Positions 50,577 to 60,338 of a stretch of DNA of 64,000 nt are shown piece by piece. The number at the start of each line of letters is the position of its first letter. The first letter of the stretch is position 1. Position numbers and translations under genes: made by a program. The notes beneath the pieces are model-generated. The model was not told where the DNA came from. It saw nothing but the letters and a program-made list of their open reading frames with translations, and made no database searches. Source of the DNA: Thermodesulfobacteriota bacterium (GTDB lineage Bacteria; Desulfobacterota_D; UBA1144; Nemesobacterales; JAJCZQ01); contig OZ244044.1 in assembly GCA_965215275.1 (NCBI GenBank), positions 1,184,001 to 1,248,000 of the forward strand, given 5' to 3'.

Positions 50577-51521
50577 ATGAAACGGGTTCTTGGAATAGAC
50601 GTCGGGGGAACGAACATAAGGGGGGCCATGGTAAGTGAAGATGGGGAAATATCTTCAAAAAGGCAGATAAAATCCGGTGCAAAAGAAGGAATTGAAAAAT
50701 TATCAGAGAACCTGATCAGTTTTATTAAGCCGTTCTGTAAGTTCGATCCATCCATAATAGGAATAGGGTTTCCGGGGACCATCAACCATAAAGAAGGCAC
50801 CCTGATACAGTCCCCGAATATACCGGGAGGAGAAAATTTCCCGATCCTGAACGTACTTCAACGTCACTTTGGTCCAACACCTTTAATAATAGAAAACGAC
50901 GTCAGCTGCATAACACTGGGAGAGTTCTGGAAAGGCTCAGGCAGGAACTGCGATTCTATGATCATGCTTGCAATTGGCACCGGACTGGGTGGCGGGATCA
51001 TACTAAAACGAAAACTCTGGCGTGGTGAAGACGGAACGGCAGGAGAAATAGGTCATATGGTCATCAACCCCGCTGGACCAAAGTGTAACTGTGGAAGTAA
51101 CGGATGCCTTGAGAGCTTCGTATCCGCTGAAGCCGTTCGTCAAGTCGTCAAAAGCAACCCCGGACTGACCGAAAGAACCTGCAGGACAAATACTGATGAC
51201 ATACCGAGAAAAGTTGTAGAACTTGCCAAAGAAGGGGACAAGGAAGCAATAAACCTGTGGAAACAGTTCGGAAGCCATCTTGGAATAGGGATCAGCAACC
51301 TGATAAATATTCTCAACGTAAAAAATATCGTAATAGGAGGCGGGCTCTCGAACGCATGGGATCTCTTTATAGACAGTGCTGAAAGCGAAATTGAGAAAAG
51401 AGCTCTTAAAACAGCTGATAATAAGCTGAATATCCGCAGGGCAGAACTCGGAAATAACGCGGGTATACTTGGTTCAGCCTTTCTGACGTTCAGATCTTCG
51501 GATCTGCTCAATGATACTTAA
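50577..51521 (+). CDS. ROK-family sugar kinase (glucokinase-like)
   Basis: GIDVGGT, IEND, GTGLGGG, AGEIGH, CNCGSNGCLE. Confidence 0.92.
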   Translation: MKRVLGIDVGGTNIRGAMVSEDGEISSKRQIKSGAKEGIEKLSENLISFIKPFCKFDPSIIGIGFPGTINHKEGTLIQSPNIPGGENFPILNVLQRHFGPTPLIIENDVSCITLGEFWKGSGRNCDSMIMLAIGTGLGGGIILKRKLWRGEDGTAGEIGHMVINPAGPKCNCGSNGCLESFVSAEAVRQVVKSNPGLTERTCRTNTDDIPRKVVELAKEGDKEAINLWKQFGSHLGIGISNLINILNVKNIVIGGGLSNAWDLFIDSAESEIEKRALKTADNKLNIRRAELGNNAGILGSAFLTFRSSDLLNDT

Positions 51522-52892
51522 CTCGGGCTTCTGGATCTGAATTCTTAAAAACTCCGATTCCGTCCTTTTCGCTTTAAACCTGTCATCGATCCTGATCCCG
51601 CCAACCCAGATCACCCCATCTCTCGTTTCAAAAACCGGTACGCTCCTTCTGAAAAACCTCGGGACCTTCTCGTCAATGAACAGATCTTTGATTTTCTTGA
51701 ATTTTCTCATACCAAGAGGCCTGAACTTATCGCCAAGTTCGTAATTCCTCACTACCAGAGGAAACCGGGTACTATCGATCGAAAAAATCCCTTTCATTTC
51801 ATCTTCCCATCCTGATCTGTCTGACGTTGTGTCCACGCTGACCTCAAGTCCGTTATCAAAACGGTAAGACCCCGGTCCATTGATCGTATAACTATAAGTT
51901 TCTGCAAGTCCTGACCCTCTTGATATGCAAAAAACCTCATATCCCTTGCTAAAATCAATGCCGTCTGGAAGAACTGTCTCCCCCGACGGTTTCTCTCTTT
52001 CTATCATATCGTCCACTGCAAGGAGATGGACCTGTGAGATCTGCTTGAGGTCCCCCTTTAACAGTTCAACTGTTTTTCGTAAGATACCCAGCCTTATGGC
52101 CTTATGATGCAATAAGTACTCTTTTACTTTTCCAAGGTAACCAAAAGGTTCTTTTTCCATAACCGTCCCGTACACCTTATCAACGTGGTTATCTATAAAT
52201 CCTGATTCGATCCTCAGTACTTCAGACGACCCGGACAATACTTTGTCTATACCGGGGTTTATTTCCTTCAGTATCGGAAAAAGTTCAAGTCTTATCCTGT
52301 TCCTTGTAAACCTGACGGACCTGTTGGAGGAGTCTTCCTGCCAGTCAACACGATTAGATCTCAGATAATCCTCTATTTCCCGTTTCTGCACTTTAATTAA
52401 AGGCCTGATTATATTACCGTTCACGGGTGGTATACCGCCCAGACCACGAGAACCGCTGCCCCTGATAGCTCTCATAATAAAGGTTTCTGCCTGATCGTTC
52501 ATTGTGTGGGCGGTCGCGATCCTGTGAGCTTTGTATTTTTCAAGAACGTTTTTTAAAAACCCATACCTTAACTTCCTTGCCGCATCTTCAAGAGAAAGGT
52601 TCCTTTTGTCCTTTCTATAATCGTCCTCCCCTGCTTCACTATACTCGAACTCGACCTTGAGGTCTTCTGAAAGATGCCTGCAGAACCGTGCGTCCCTTTC
52701 TGACTCGTCACCCCTTATCTTATGGTTGTAATGTGCCGCTATAACTTTCAGGTCAAATCCCTTCAGGTCCAGGAGCAGATGAAGCAGCCCGACCGAATCC
52801 GAACCTCCTGACAAAGCAACGACCACCTTATCTCCCGGAGAGAACATATCGTGGGATCGAACGGTCTTTAAGACTTTACTTTTTATATTCAA
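51474..52892 (-). CDS. tilS: tRNA(Ile)-lysidine synthase
   Basis: ALSGGSDS PP-loop, AARKLRY, AHTMNDQAET, IRPL, DSSN, RNRIR; TTG start. Confidence 0.96.
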   Translation of the reverse strand: MNIKSKVLKTVRSHDMFSPGDKVVVALSGGSDSVGLLHLLLDLKGFDLKVIAAHYNHKIRGDESERDARFCRHLSEDLKVEFEYSEAGEDDYRKDKRNLSLEDAARKLRYGFLKNVLEKYKAHRIATAHTMNDQAETFIMRAIRGSGSRGLGGIPPVNGNIIRPLIKVQKREIEDYLRSNRVDWQEDSSNRSVRFTRNRIRLELFPILKEINPGIDKVLSGSSEVLRIESGFIDNHVDKVYGTVMEKEPFGYLGKVKEYLLHHKAIRLGILRKTVELLKGDLKQISQVHLLAVDDMIEREKPSGETVLPDGIDFSKGYEVFCISRGSGLAETYSYTINGPGSYRFDNGLEVSVDTTSDRSGWEDEMKGIFSIDSTRFPLVVRNYELGDKFRPLGMRKFKKIKDLFIDEKVPRFFRRSVPVFETRDGVIWVGGIRIDDRFKAKRTESEFLRIQIQKPELSIIEQIRRSERQKG

Positions 52893-53520
52893 CTTTATCC
52901 GTTGCCAGTCCAGCTGACACGATCAGTGTAAACGCGTCTTCCACCGATATATCAAGCTCTGTAACGTCACTCTCAGGGAGCATAATATAAAATCCGCTGG
53001 TGGGATTAGGAGTTGTTGGAACAAAGATACTTAAGAGCTTTTCCTCACTTTTATTGTGCTTTTCACCCACGTTCATAGTATCCGTGATAAAACCTATCGA
53101 ATATACGCCTTTTCTTGGATACTCCATTATTGCCACCTTTTTAAATCCCTTTTTGTCGTCGGTAGAGAACAGGGTTTCAATGATCTGCTTCGTGGCAGTG
53201 TATATGGTACGTGCAAGAGGTATCTTGAGCATTATACCTTCAATAAAAGATACCAGTCTCTTTCCAATGAAGTTCCTGGCGATCGTTCCGATTATAAGGA
53301 CGATCAACAAAGTGCCTAACAAGCCAATGGCAAAGGTCGTCAGCTCAAAAACATAGGAGGGCAGGTCCTGAAGCTGAAGGGGTATGAGCAGTTTTGCAGG
53401 TGCTGCACTTATTGCATCTATCATCCATCTGCTCAGTTTAAAAAGTACAAATATAGTCAGAGCAAACGGCAGTAAAACCAGTAATCCAGCTAAAAAATTT
53501 CGCTTTATGGAACTACCCAT
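52876..53520 (-). CDS. DUF502 family membrane protein
   Basis: FLAGLLVLLP, EYPRKG, FVPTTPNPTSG. Confidence 0.93.
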   Translation of the reverse strand: MGSSIKRNFLAGLLVLLPFALTIFVLFKLSRWMIDAISAAPAKLLIPLQLQDLPSYVFELTTFAIGLLGTLLIVLIIGTIARNFIGKRLVSFIEGIMLKIPLARTIYTATKQIIETLFSTDDKKGFKKVAIMEYPRKGVYSIGFITDTMNVGEKHNKSEEKLLSIFVPTTPNPTSGFYIMLPESDVTELDISVEDAFTLIVSAGLATDKVEYKK

Positions 53521-53535
53521 CTATTTAACCTCAAA

Positions 53536-53814
53536 TTACTCAGTATTTATAGCATTGCGAAGAAATCTGCTGGGTTTAAAAACGACCGATTTTCTAGGAC
53601 CGATCTCAATAGTTTCACCCGTTGCTGGATTTCTTCCCTTTTTCTTTCCCCTGTGTTGTACCTTAAAAGTCCCAAACTTTGGAAGTTTTATTGTTTCACC
53701 ACTTTCCAAATTATTCTTCAGCAGTTCAAAAAAATATTCCACTATCTCTGCTGATTCTCTTTTAGACAGCCCTATTTTTTCGTGTATTGCCTCTGCCAGT
53801 CCTTTTTTAGTCAT
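53536..53814 (-). CDS. ihfA: Integration host factor alpha (HU/IHF family)
   Basis: FGTF, GRNPATGE, VFKPS; directly downstream of pheT. Confidence 0.85.
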   Translation of the reverse strand: MTKKGLAEAIHEKIGLSKRESAEIVEYFFELLKNNLESGETIKLPKFGTFKVQHRGKKKGRNPATGETIEIGPRKSVVFKPSRFLRNAINTE

Positions 53815-53834
53815 TGACGTAAACCCCTTCTTTT

Positions 53835-56243
53835 TTAAATTGATCTTATCTCTGCTCCTAAAGATGAATTTAACTCACTTATAGCCAGGTTTTGTACCTT
53901 ATTAGCATCTTCGTCAGTCAAAGTTTTATTCTGCGACCTGATCAAGATCGATATACCCACACTTTTCTTGTTCAGTCCCAACTCACTACCTTCAAAAATA
54001 TCAAACACATCAGCATCCTCAACAAGAGCGCTTACACCCTTTACTTTATCTATAATCTGACCCGTAGTCACGTCCTTGTTTACAACAAAAGAAACATCCC
54101 TTCTTATATGAGGGAACCTGGGGACTGGCTTAAAGCAGTAAGAACAACTCTCATAAAGCTCGGTCAACGTATCTACGCTGATATCCAGTATATAAAGTTT
54201 TTTATCTATACCAAGTTTGTCAGAATACTCGGGATGAAGTTCACCAATAACCCCAAATTCCTTATCATCGACAAGAACGGACGCCGATTTGCCAGGATGG
54301 AGAAATCGTATGTTATCGTTCTTTGCAAATATTATCTTTTTTCTGAGCAAAAGGCTACTGACCCCCTGGATAAATATATTTTTCAGATCAAAAAAGCCAA
54401 AATCCTCATTACTCCAAACCTCCGGGTCTTTCTTGCCCGTTGCGACCGCTGAAAATTTCGTTATCTCCTCTGGAAGCTGCTCTTTACCCTGAGGAATATA
54501 AATTTTTCCATGTTCAAAAAGCCTTATGTCTTCAACCTGGTGAGACAGGTTCGTTTTCACAGATCTGATCAATCCCGGCAGCATGGAGTTTCTCATAGCA
54601 CAGCTCTCACTTGTTAATGGATTGAGAATATTAATGGTATCAGAAGGATCGAACATCCGCAGAAGGTCAGGATTTTCAAAACTGTAATTAATAGCTTCAA
54701 AAAAACCTGAAGAGATAAACGCGCGCTTGAGATCCGATACGAACTCACGGCCGTGACCGGTCTCGTCCATCAATACACCAACGGCAGGCAGGGTCATCGG
54801 AATGTTATTGTAACCAAACAACCTTCCAATTTCCTCTATAACGTCGATCTCCCTGGCAACGTCAACCCGGAACGTGGGTATCTGCAGAGACAGCCTGTGA
54901 GCATCTGCCTCCAGTACTTTAAATTCAAGAGGTCTTAAAATGTCCACGATCTCCTCAGAGCTGATCTTTATTCCGAGTATATTTTCAACCTTTTTAACCG
55001 ACAGGCTTATTTTTTTAGTCTTGATTGTTGAAGGATAGACGTCAGTAGTGGACCCAGATATCCTGCCACCTGCCAGCTTGGCGATCAGATATGCAGCACG
55101 GTCAAGTGCAAAACGCACATTGTTAGGGTCCACACCCCTTTCAAATCTGTAAGAAGATTCAGATCTTATGCCCGTTCTTTTCGATGTTTTTCTTATAGTT
55201 ACCGGATTAAAATACGCCGCCTCAAGCAAAACGTTCTCCGTTCTGTCGGTTACCTCTGTGCTCAGCCCTCCCATGACCCCTCCGAGGGCAACTGGAGTAT
55301 TGCCGTCACATATAAGCAGGTCATTTTCGGTCAGTTCCATTTTCTGCCCGTCAAGAGTTACAAAGGGTTCCTTATCTTCTGCAAACCTTACATTTATGCT
55401 CTTTTCTTTTAAAAGATCATGATCAAAAGCGTGAAGCGGTTGTCCAGTTTCAAGCATAACAAAATTCGTCACGTCAACAATGTTGTTGATCGACCTTACC
55501 CCACAGGCCTGCAACCTGTTCTTTAACCAGTCTGGTGAAGGTCCTGCCCTCACGTCTTCTACAACTCTGCAGCTATACCTGGGGCAAGCTGACACGTCCT
55601 TTATTCTAACTTCAACCGGCTTTGAACTTCCTTCAGGTTCTTCGCCGGAAGAAAACTGAATATCCTTTAACGGCTTTTTCAAAATCGAAGAAACTTCCCT
55701 TGCTATACCAAAGATGCTTAAACAATCCGGCCTGTTGGGAGTTATCGCAAGATCCAAGACCACGTCATTAAGGGACATCTCGTCTGCAAGTCTTGACCCC
55801 ACGGATAAATTACCTGAAAGGACCATAATTCCATCGGACTTGCCGGATAACCCCAACTCGTTCTCTGCACACAGCATCCCTTCTGACGGTTCACCACGGA
55901 TCTTTGTCTTTCTTATCTTTAAGCCATCTGGGAACTTTTCAGTAGGCGGTAATTTTGCACCCGCTTTGGCAAGAGCCACGTAGGCGTTCGGCCTTACGTT
56001 GTCCGCACCGCAAATTATATCGTAGTTCCTTGCTCCATCCGTAACACTGCAAATACTCAACCTGTCTGCACCAGGATGTTTTTTTACTTCTAATATCCGA
56101 GCAACGACAATATCCTCAATGCCTTTTCCTGTGTAGTTCAGGGACTCCAGTTCCAAACCACACATTGTAAGCATCTCTCCCAGTTCTTCCGGGGCAACGT
56201 CGATCTCAACGTATTCTTTTAACCAGCTCAGCGGAACTAACAT
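53835..56243 (-). CDS. pheT: Phenylalanine-tRNA ligase beta subunit
   Basis: HPGADRL, ITPNRPDCLS, GQPLHAFD, SYRFERG, DVIEEIGR, GELHP. Confidence 0.98.
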   Translation of the reverse strand: MLVPLSWLKEYVEIDVAPEELGEMLTMCGLELESLNYTGKGIEDIVVARILEVKKHPGADRLSICSVTDGARNYDIICGADNVRPNAYVALAKAGAKLPPTEKFPDGLKIRKTKIRGEPSEGMLCAENELGLSGKSDGIMVLSGNLSVGSRLADEMSLNDVVLDLAITPNRPDCLSIFGIAREVSSILKKPLKDIQFSSGEEPEGSSKPVEVRIKDVSACPRYSCRVVEDVRAGPSPDWLKNRLQACGVRSINNIVDVTNFVMLETGQPLHAFDHDLLKEKSINVRFAEDKEPFVTLDGQKMELTENDLLICDGNTPVALGGVMGGLSTEVTDRTENVLLEAAYFNPVTIRKTSKRTGIRSESSYRFERGVDPNNVRFALDRAAYLIAKLAGGRISGSTTDVYPSTIKTKKISLSVKKVENILGIKISSEEIVDILRPLEFKVLEADAHRLSLQIPTFRVDVAREIDVIEEIGRLFGYNNIPMTLPAVGVLMDETGHGREFVSDLKRAFISSGFFEAINYSFENPDLLRMFDPSDTINILNPLTSESCAMRNSMLPGLIRSVKTNLSHQVEDIRLFEHGKIYIPQGKEQLPEEITKFSAVATGKKDPEVWSNEDFGFFDLKNIFIQGVSSLLLRKKIIFAKNDNIRFLHPGKSASVLVDDKEFGVIGELHPEYSDKLGIDKKLYILDISVDTLTELYESCSYCFKPVPRFPHIRRDVSFVVNKDVTTGQIIDKVKGVSALVEDADVFDIFEGSELGLNKKSVGISILIRSQNKTLTDEDANKVQNLAISELNSSLGAEIRSI

Positions 56244-56358
56244 ATTTTCACCTTTAGCAAAACTGAATAATTACACATAGTTACGTTATAGTCAATAGAT
56301 AAAATTTAGAATCATCAACAATTTTAATTATCCTTCTCTTGGTTACAATGAAGTAAAT

Positions 56359-57471
56359 ATGAACAAACTCGAGCGTCTTATCAAAAACCATATCTTACAG
56401 AACGGACCGGTCACATTTGCGGATTTTATGGACCTGGCCCAGTATCATCCCCAGCTGGGCTACTACAGATCAGAAAAAGTAAAGATAGGTAAAAAAGGGG
56501 ATTTCTACACAAGTCCTCACGTAAGTGCAGCGTTTGGGGAAATAATCGGAACCTTTATAGAAAAGGTCATAGGCTTTCTGAAAATATCTGATTTCACCAT
56601 TCTGGAACTGGGCGCTGGTAAAGGATACCTTGCACTGGATATCTTAAACTATTTATCTGAAAAAACCGAACTCTACAGGCTGATTAACTATATAATCATT
56701 GATAAAGACACTAACAACAGTGATTTAACACTTGAAAATCACCGGAATAAAATAAAAGTATACAATAATATCAGTGAGTTAGAAAAAAATTTCAGAGGAG
56801 TGGTAATTTCAAATGAGTTATTTGATTCACTTCCGTTCCATAGAATAATCTATCAATATGGCCAGTTCAGGGAAATATACGTTGATTGCAAAGAAAACGA
56901 ATTCGAAGAGATCAGTAGTGACCTGTCGACTGAAAACATCAAAAAGTATCTGAATGGCTACGACCTGAAGCCCGTTGATTCAAAGCAGATCGAGGTAAAC
57001 CTTCTAGCGGAAAAGGTTATAAAGGCCGTCAGCGGTTATTTAGATGCGGGATATATGCTCACAATCGATTATGGACATTTATCCGAAGAATATTTTAACA
57101 ACCAGAAGATCAACGGCTCTTTCAGATGTTTTTACGAACACAAAGTAAACGATGATCCATATATAAACATTGGACAGCAGGATATCACGGCTGACGTTGA
57201 TTTTACGAATCTGATCCGATCTGGGAACCAGTACGGACTAAACAAGGTAAAATACACGACGCAGGGACAGTTTCTCGTTGACTGGGGTATTTTGAACGTT
57301 ATAGAGAGGGAAACCAGGCATGGACAAGGTCGTGTAAATTCAATAAAAACCCTGTTCCTGCCCTCAATGATGGGTAATTACTTTAAAGTCCTGCTGCAGA
57401 GCAAAAACGTTCCCGATGCAGATGCTGTATACCCGGGGTCAAGCCTTACAATCAGTTTTGGTATTGATTAA
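56359..57471 (+). CDS. SAM-dependent methyltransferase, MidA/NDUFAF7 family
   Basis: GDFYTSP, ELGAGKG, SNELFDSLP, IDYG, QDITADVDF. Confidence 0.92.
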   Translation: MNKLERLIKNHILQNGPVTFADFMDLAQYHPQLGYYRSEKVKIGKKGDFYTSPHVSAAFGEIIGTFIEKVIGFLKISDFTILELGAGKGYLALDILNYLSEKTELYRLINYIIIDKDTNNSDLTLENHRNKIKVYNNISELEKNFRGVVISNELFDSLPFHRIIYQYGQFREIYVDCKENEFEEISSDLSTENIKKYLNGYDLKPVDSKQIEVNLLAEKVIKAVSGYLDAGYMLTIDYGHLSEEYFNNQKINGSFRCFYEHKVNDDPYINIGQQDITADVDFTNLIRSGNQYGLNKVKYTTQGQFLVDWGILNVIERETRHGQGRVNSIKTLFLPSMMGNYFKVLLQSKNVPDADAVYPGSSLTISFGID

Positions 57472-57523
57472 CAAGAATATTTTCATCTGTTTCTGTAATA
57501 CGAACAACTATATGAAAAACGAA

Positions 57524-57539
57524 TGTTTCACGTGAAACA
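57524..57539. promoter_or_regulatory. parS centromere-like site
   Basis: Perfect consensus palindrome TGTTTCACGTGAAACA. Confidence 0.93.
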
Positions 57540-57585
57540 TTGATTACACTTATATTGCAACTTCAGTCATATTACTTACTGGAAT

Positions 57586-58995
57586 ATGAGCACGGACTAT
57601 TTATGCGAGGAAACCATTGCTGCAGTCTCAACCCCTGAAGGTGAAGGTGGAATAGCAGTAATAAGAGTATCCGGCAATAATTCAGAAAAGATACTAGGTC
57701 AGATATTCAGAAGAAAAAAAACTGACCTGAACAATTCAACTGAAAACTTCGAGAGCAGGAGGGTTTATCACGGTGACATAACCGACCCCTCAGATGGTTC
57801 CGTGATAGATTCCGTGCTGATCACAGTAATGAGGGCGCCAAATTCATACACAGGTGAGGATATAGTGGAAATACATACTCACGGCGGTCATATAATCCCA
57901 AAAAAAATACTTGAGATCATTACAGGACTTGGATCAAGGGTCGCATTACCGGGAGAGTTCACTAAAAGGGCATATATCAATGGTAAAATGGACCTGGCAC
58001 AGGCCGAAGCAGTTGCTGATATAATAAGTACACAATCCGAGATCGGTCTGAAGCAAGCCGAAAAGAGGCTCAGAGGTGAACTGTCTGACAAAATACATCT
58101 GTATAAAGACAGGGTCCTTGATATGATCGCCGAAATAGAAGCTCAGATAGAATTTCCTGAAGAAGATATAGATCCTTTGGTAAGGAAAGAAATGGAAAAC
58201 AGATCAAACGGGTTGTTAAACGATGTTTCAAGTTTTATTGAGACCTTTGATACAGGGAAGATAGTAAAAAACGGAGTTTTCACCACTATCCTCGGAAAGC
58301 CAAACGTTGGAAAATCAAGCCTGCTAAACTCTATGCTGAAAGAAGAAAGGGCAATAGTAAGTCATTTAGCAGGTACGACCAGGGATTTTATTGAAGAAGC
58401 CATAAACGTTCGCGGAATAATCTTAAAGCTGGTTGACACGGCGGGAATAAGAACAACTGGAGATAATATAGAACAACTCGGAGTTAAAATTGCCATAAAC
58501 AAAGCGGAGCAGGCTGACTTTATAATTATGGTCTTTGATGGCAGCAACGAACTGGACGACAATGATATTGAAGTGTTGAAAAAAGGTGGGGTAAAAAACC
58601 ATATAACGGTCGTTAATAAAACGGACCTGGACAGCAAGATAGATACACGTACGCTCAAAAAATATACTACAGAAGACAGAATTGTTTATACTTCCGCCAA
58701 GCAATTTACCGGCCTGGAGGAACTTGAGGAAAAAATATACAGACTGATCACGAACAATCAGAACCTGACAGAAAGTTCCGAACTTTATTTAACGGACATC
58801 AGACACAAAAAGGCCTTAGAAAAAGCAAAAAGCCACCTTAAGACCTTCATAGAAACAGTAAAGCAGGACAAACAATTAGAGATCATGTCCATTGAACTCA
58901 GACAAACGCTTGACCGATTAGGAGAAATTACAGGAGAGGTAACAACCGAGGAAATCCTTGGAAAAATATTCAGTAAATTCTGTATCGGTAAATAA
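57586..58995 (+). CDS. mnmE: tRNA modification GTPase MnmE
   Basis: GGIAVIRVSG, PNSYTGED, GKPNVGKSS, GTTRD, DTAG, NKTD, FSKFCIGK. Confidence 0.99.
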   Translation: MSTDYLCEETIAAVSTPEGEGGIAVIRVSGNNSEKILGQIFRRKKTDLNNSTENFESRRVYHGDITDPSDGSVIDSVLITVMRAPNSYTGEDIVEIHTHGGHIIPKKILEIITGLGSRVALPGEFTKRAYINGKMDLAQAEAVADIISTQSEIGLKQAEKRLRGELSDKIHLYKDRVLDMIAEIEAQIEFPEEDIDPLVRKEMENRSNGLLNDVSSFIETFDTGKIVKNGVFTTILGKPNVGKSSLLNSMLKEERAIVSHLAGTTRDFIEEAINVRGIILKLVDTAGIRTTGDNIEQLGVKIAINKAEQADFIIMVFDGSNELDDNDIEVLKKGGVKNHITVVNKTDLDSKIDTRTLKKYTTEDRIVYTSAKQFTGLEELEEKIYRLITNNQNLTESSELYLTDIRHKKALEKAKSHLKTFIETVKQDKQLEIMSIELRQTLDRLGEITGEVTTEEILGKIFSKFCIGK

Positions 58996-59006
58996 ACGCT
59001 CTGCAA

Positions 59007-59022
59007 TGTTTCACGTGAAACA
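59007..59022. promoter_or_regulatory. parS centromere-like site
   Basis: Perfect consensus palindrome TGTTTCACGTGAAACA. Confidence 0.93.
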
Positions 59023-59245
59023 ATCCACAAAATTAAAATAATTCAAACAGAATGGATATCTTTTTATTCTAAAATTATTTAATAATTACAGTGAGTTACG
59101 GTTTTGTTAATTTGGTGGAAATAAGTTATCCACAATCTGTTAACAATTTTACTGCTGCCTGCAATCACCATTTTATAACGGGTTGTACCGATAAAACTCA
59201 AACTTTATCAACAATAATTACTAAAACGGCTGTTGTTAACTTTTT
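59021..59245. other. Candidate chromosomal replication origin (oriC)
   Basis: Perfect DnaA box TTATCCACA at 59126-59134 and TTATCAACA at 59205-59213. Degenerate boxes at 59021 and 59231, an AT-rich tract at about 59030-59090, and adjacent parS and mnmE. Confidence 0.6.
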
Positions 59246-59331
59246 GTTGAAATCTCACGTAAATCTATCGGATATTTTCTGGCAGGATGCCCGCGTCTTG
59301 TGTTTTCCGGTCCGGGACTTCCTCTCGTTCG

Positions 59332-60243
59332 TCAGATGATCTTTCCACCATCTGCCACGCTTGTGATCTCTCCTGTGTCAGCATTCTTGCTCGGACCAAG
59401 CGGAGAGGTGGATTCAATAACTGCAAAGGCATTATGGCTATGGATACTCTCGTAATTTACCACTTTGATCTTATAAGAATTCAACCTGTCATCAGAGTTC
59501 AGCTCAGTTGCGATGTTCCTCACAACATCCTCAACAAAGCAGGGTTTATCGTAGGCACTCATTGTAACGTGCCTTTCGTCTTCTCTTTTTAAAATAGGAT
59601 ATAATGCCGAAGAAGCGCCCCTTTCAGCGATCTCAACTATATCTTCAAGTGAGATATCCACGGTATGGTCACCTTTCAGTTCGTGCAGGAGCGTAATGGA
59701 TACTTTAGATCTCTGGTTGTGCGCCCCATAGTCGCTTATCTCCTTACTGCAGGGACACAGGGTTTTAACCGGGACTTCCACGCTTTGCTTAATTATCATT
59801 ATTCCATTTTTTCTGTACTCAACTTCGTACGAACAACCATACGCCTGTGGAGCGGAAATCCCCGTTACTGGTGCAACTTTCCAAAAAAAGTAGTCAAAAT
59901 CTATTTTTACCTGAGCTTCTTTTGCACCCTGTTTATCTAGAAGGACATCAAGAAAATCCTTTATTCTGTCTAAAGATATACCATTGCTGTAATCCACAAC
60001 GGCTTCCACCAGACGACTCATATGGATGCCCTTCCTTGATTTATCCAGGTCCACTGCCAGGGACAGAACGGCCTGCACCTGCTGGGATGAGCCTGCGTCC
60101 TTCTCACAACCCTTTAACAGCAATGGCATTTTAAGACCGCATATCCCCACTTTATTTATAGGTATTTCTCTCTTATCCAGTCTGTTCTGAACGTCTTCAT
60201 AAGCTGTTCTTCGCATTTTATCAGTTTTCGCCTGTATTTTCAC
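59332..60243 (-). CDS. folE2: GTP cyclohydrolase IB (FolE2)
   Basis: DVQN, KGIHMSRL, TLCPCSKEIS, GAHNQRS, FVEDVVR, ESIHSHNA. Confidence 0.96.
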   Translation of the reverse strand: MKIQAKTDKMRRTAYEDVQNRLDKREIPINKVGICGLKMPLLLKGCEKDAGSSQQVQAVLSLAVDLDKSRKGIHMSRLVEAVVDYSNGISLDRIKDFLDVLLDKQGAKEAQVKIDFDYFFWKVAPVTGISAPQAYGCSYEVEYRKNGIMIIKQSVEVPVKTLCPCSKEISDYGAHNQRSKVSITLLHELKGDHTVDISLEDIVEIAERGASSALYPILKREDERHVTMSAYDKPCFVEDVVRNIATELNSDDRLNSYKIKVVNYESIHSHNAFAVIESTSPLGPSKNADTGEITSVADGGKII

Positions 60244-60338
60244 TTAACTAACCTGCTCCTCTACATTCAAGATGCTGACAAGAAAGTGTAAATCCGTTTA
60301 AATTATCACAAATAAAGCCCTTTGCAAACATATAAAGA

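Noticed and set aside
50577..51521. ROK kinase as a polyphosphate glucokinase
   Set aside because: It retains the CxCGxxGC zinc motif typical of ordinary ROK kinases; only proximity to ppk2 suggests polyP use.
51474..51521. 48-bp convergent overlap of the ROK gene and tilS
   Set aside because: Short tail-to-tail overlaps are common in compact genomes.
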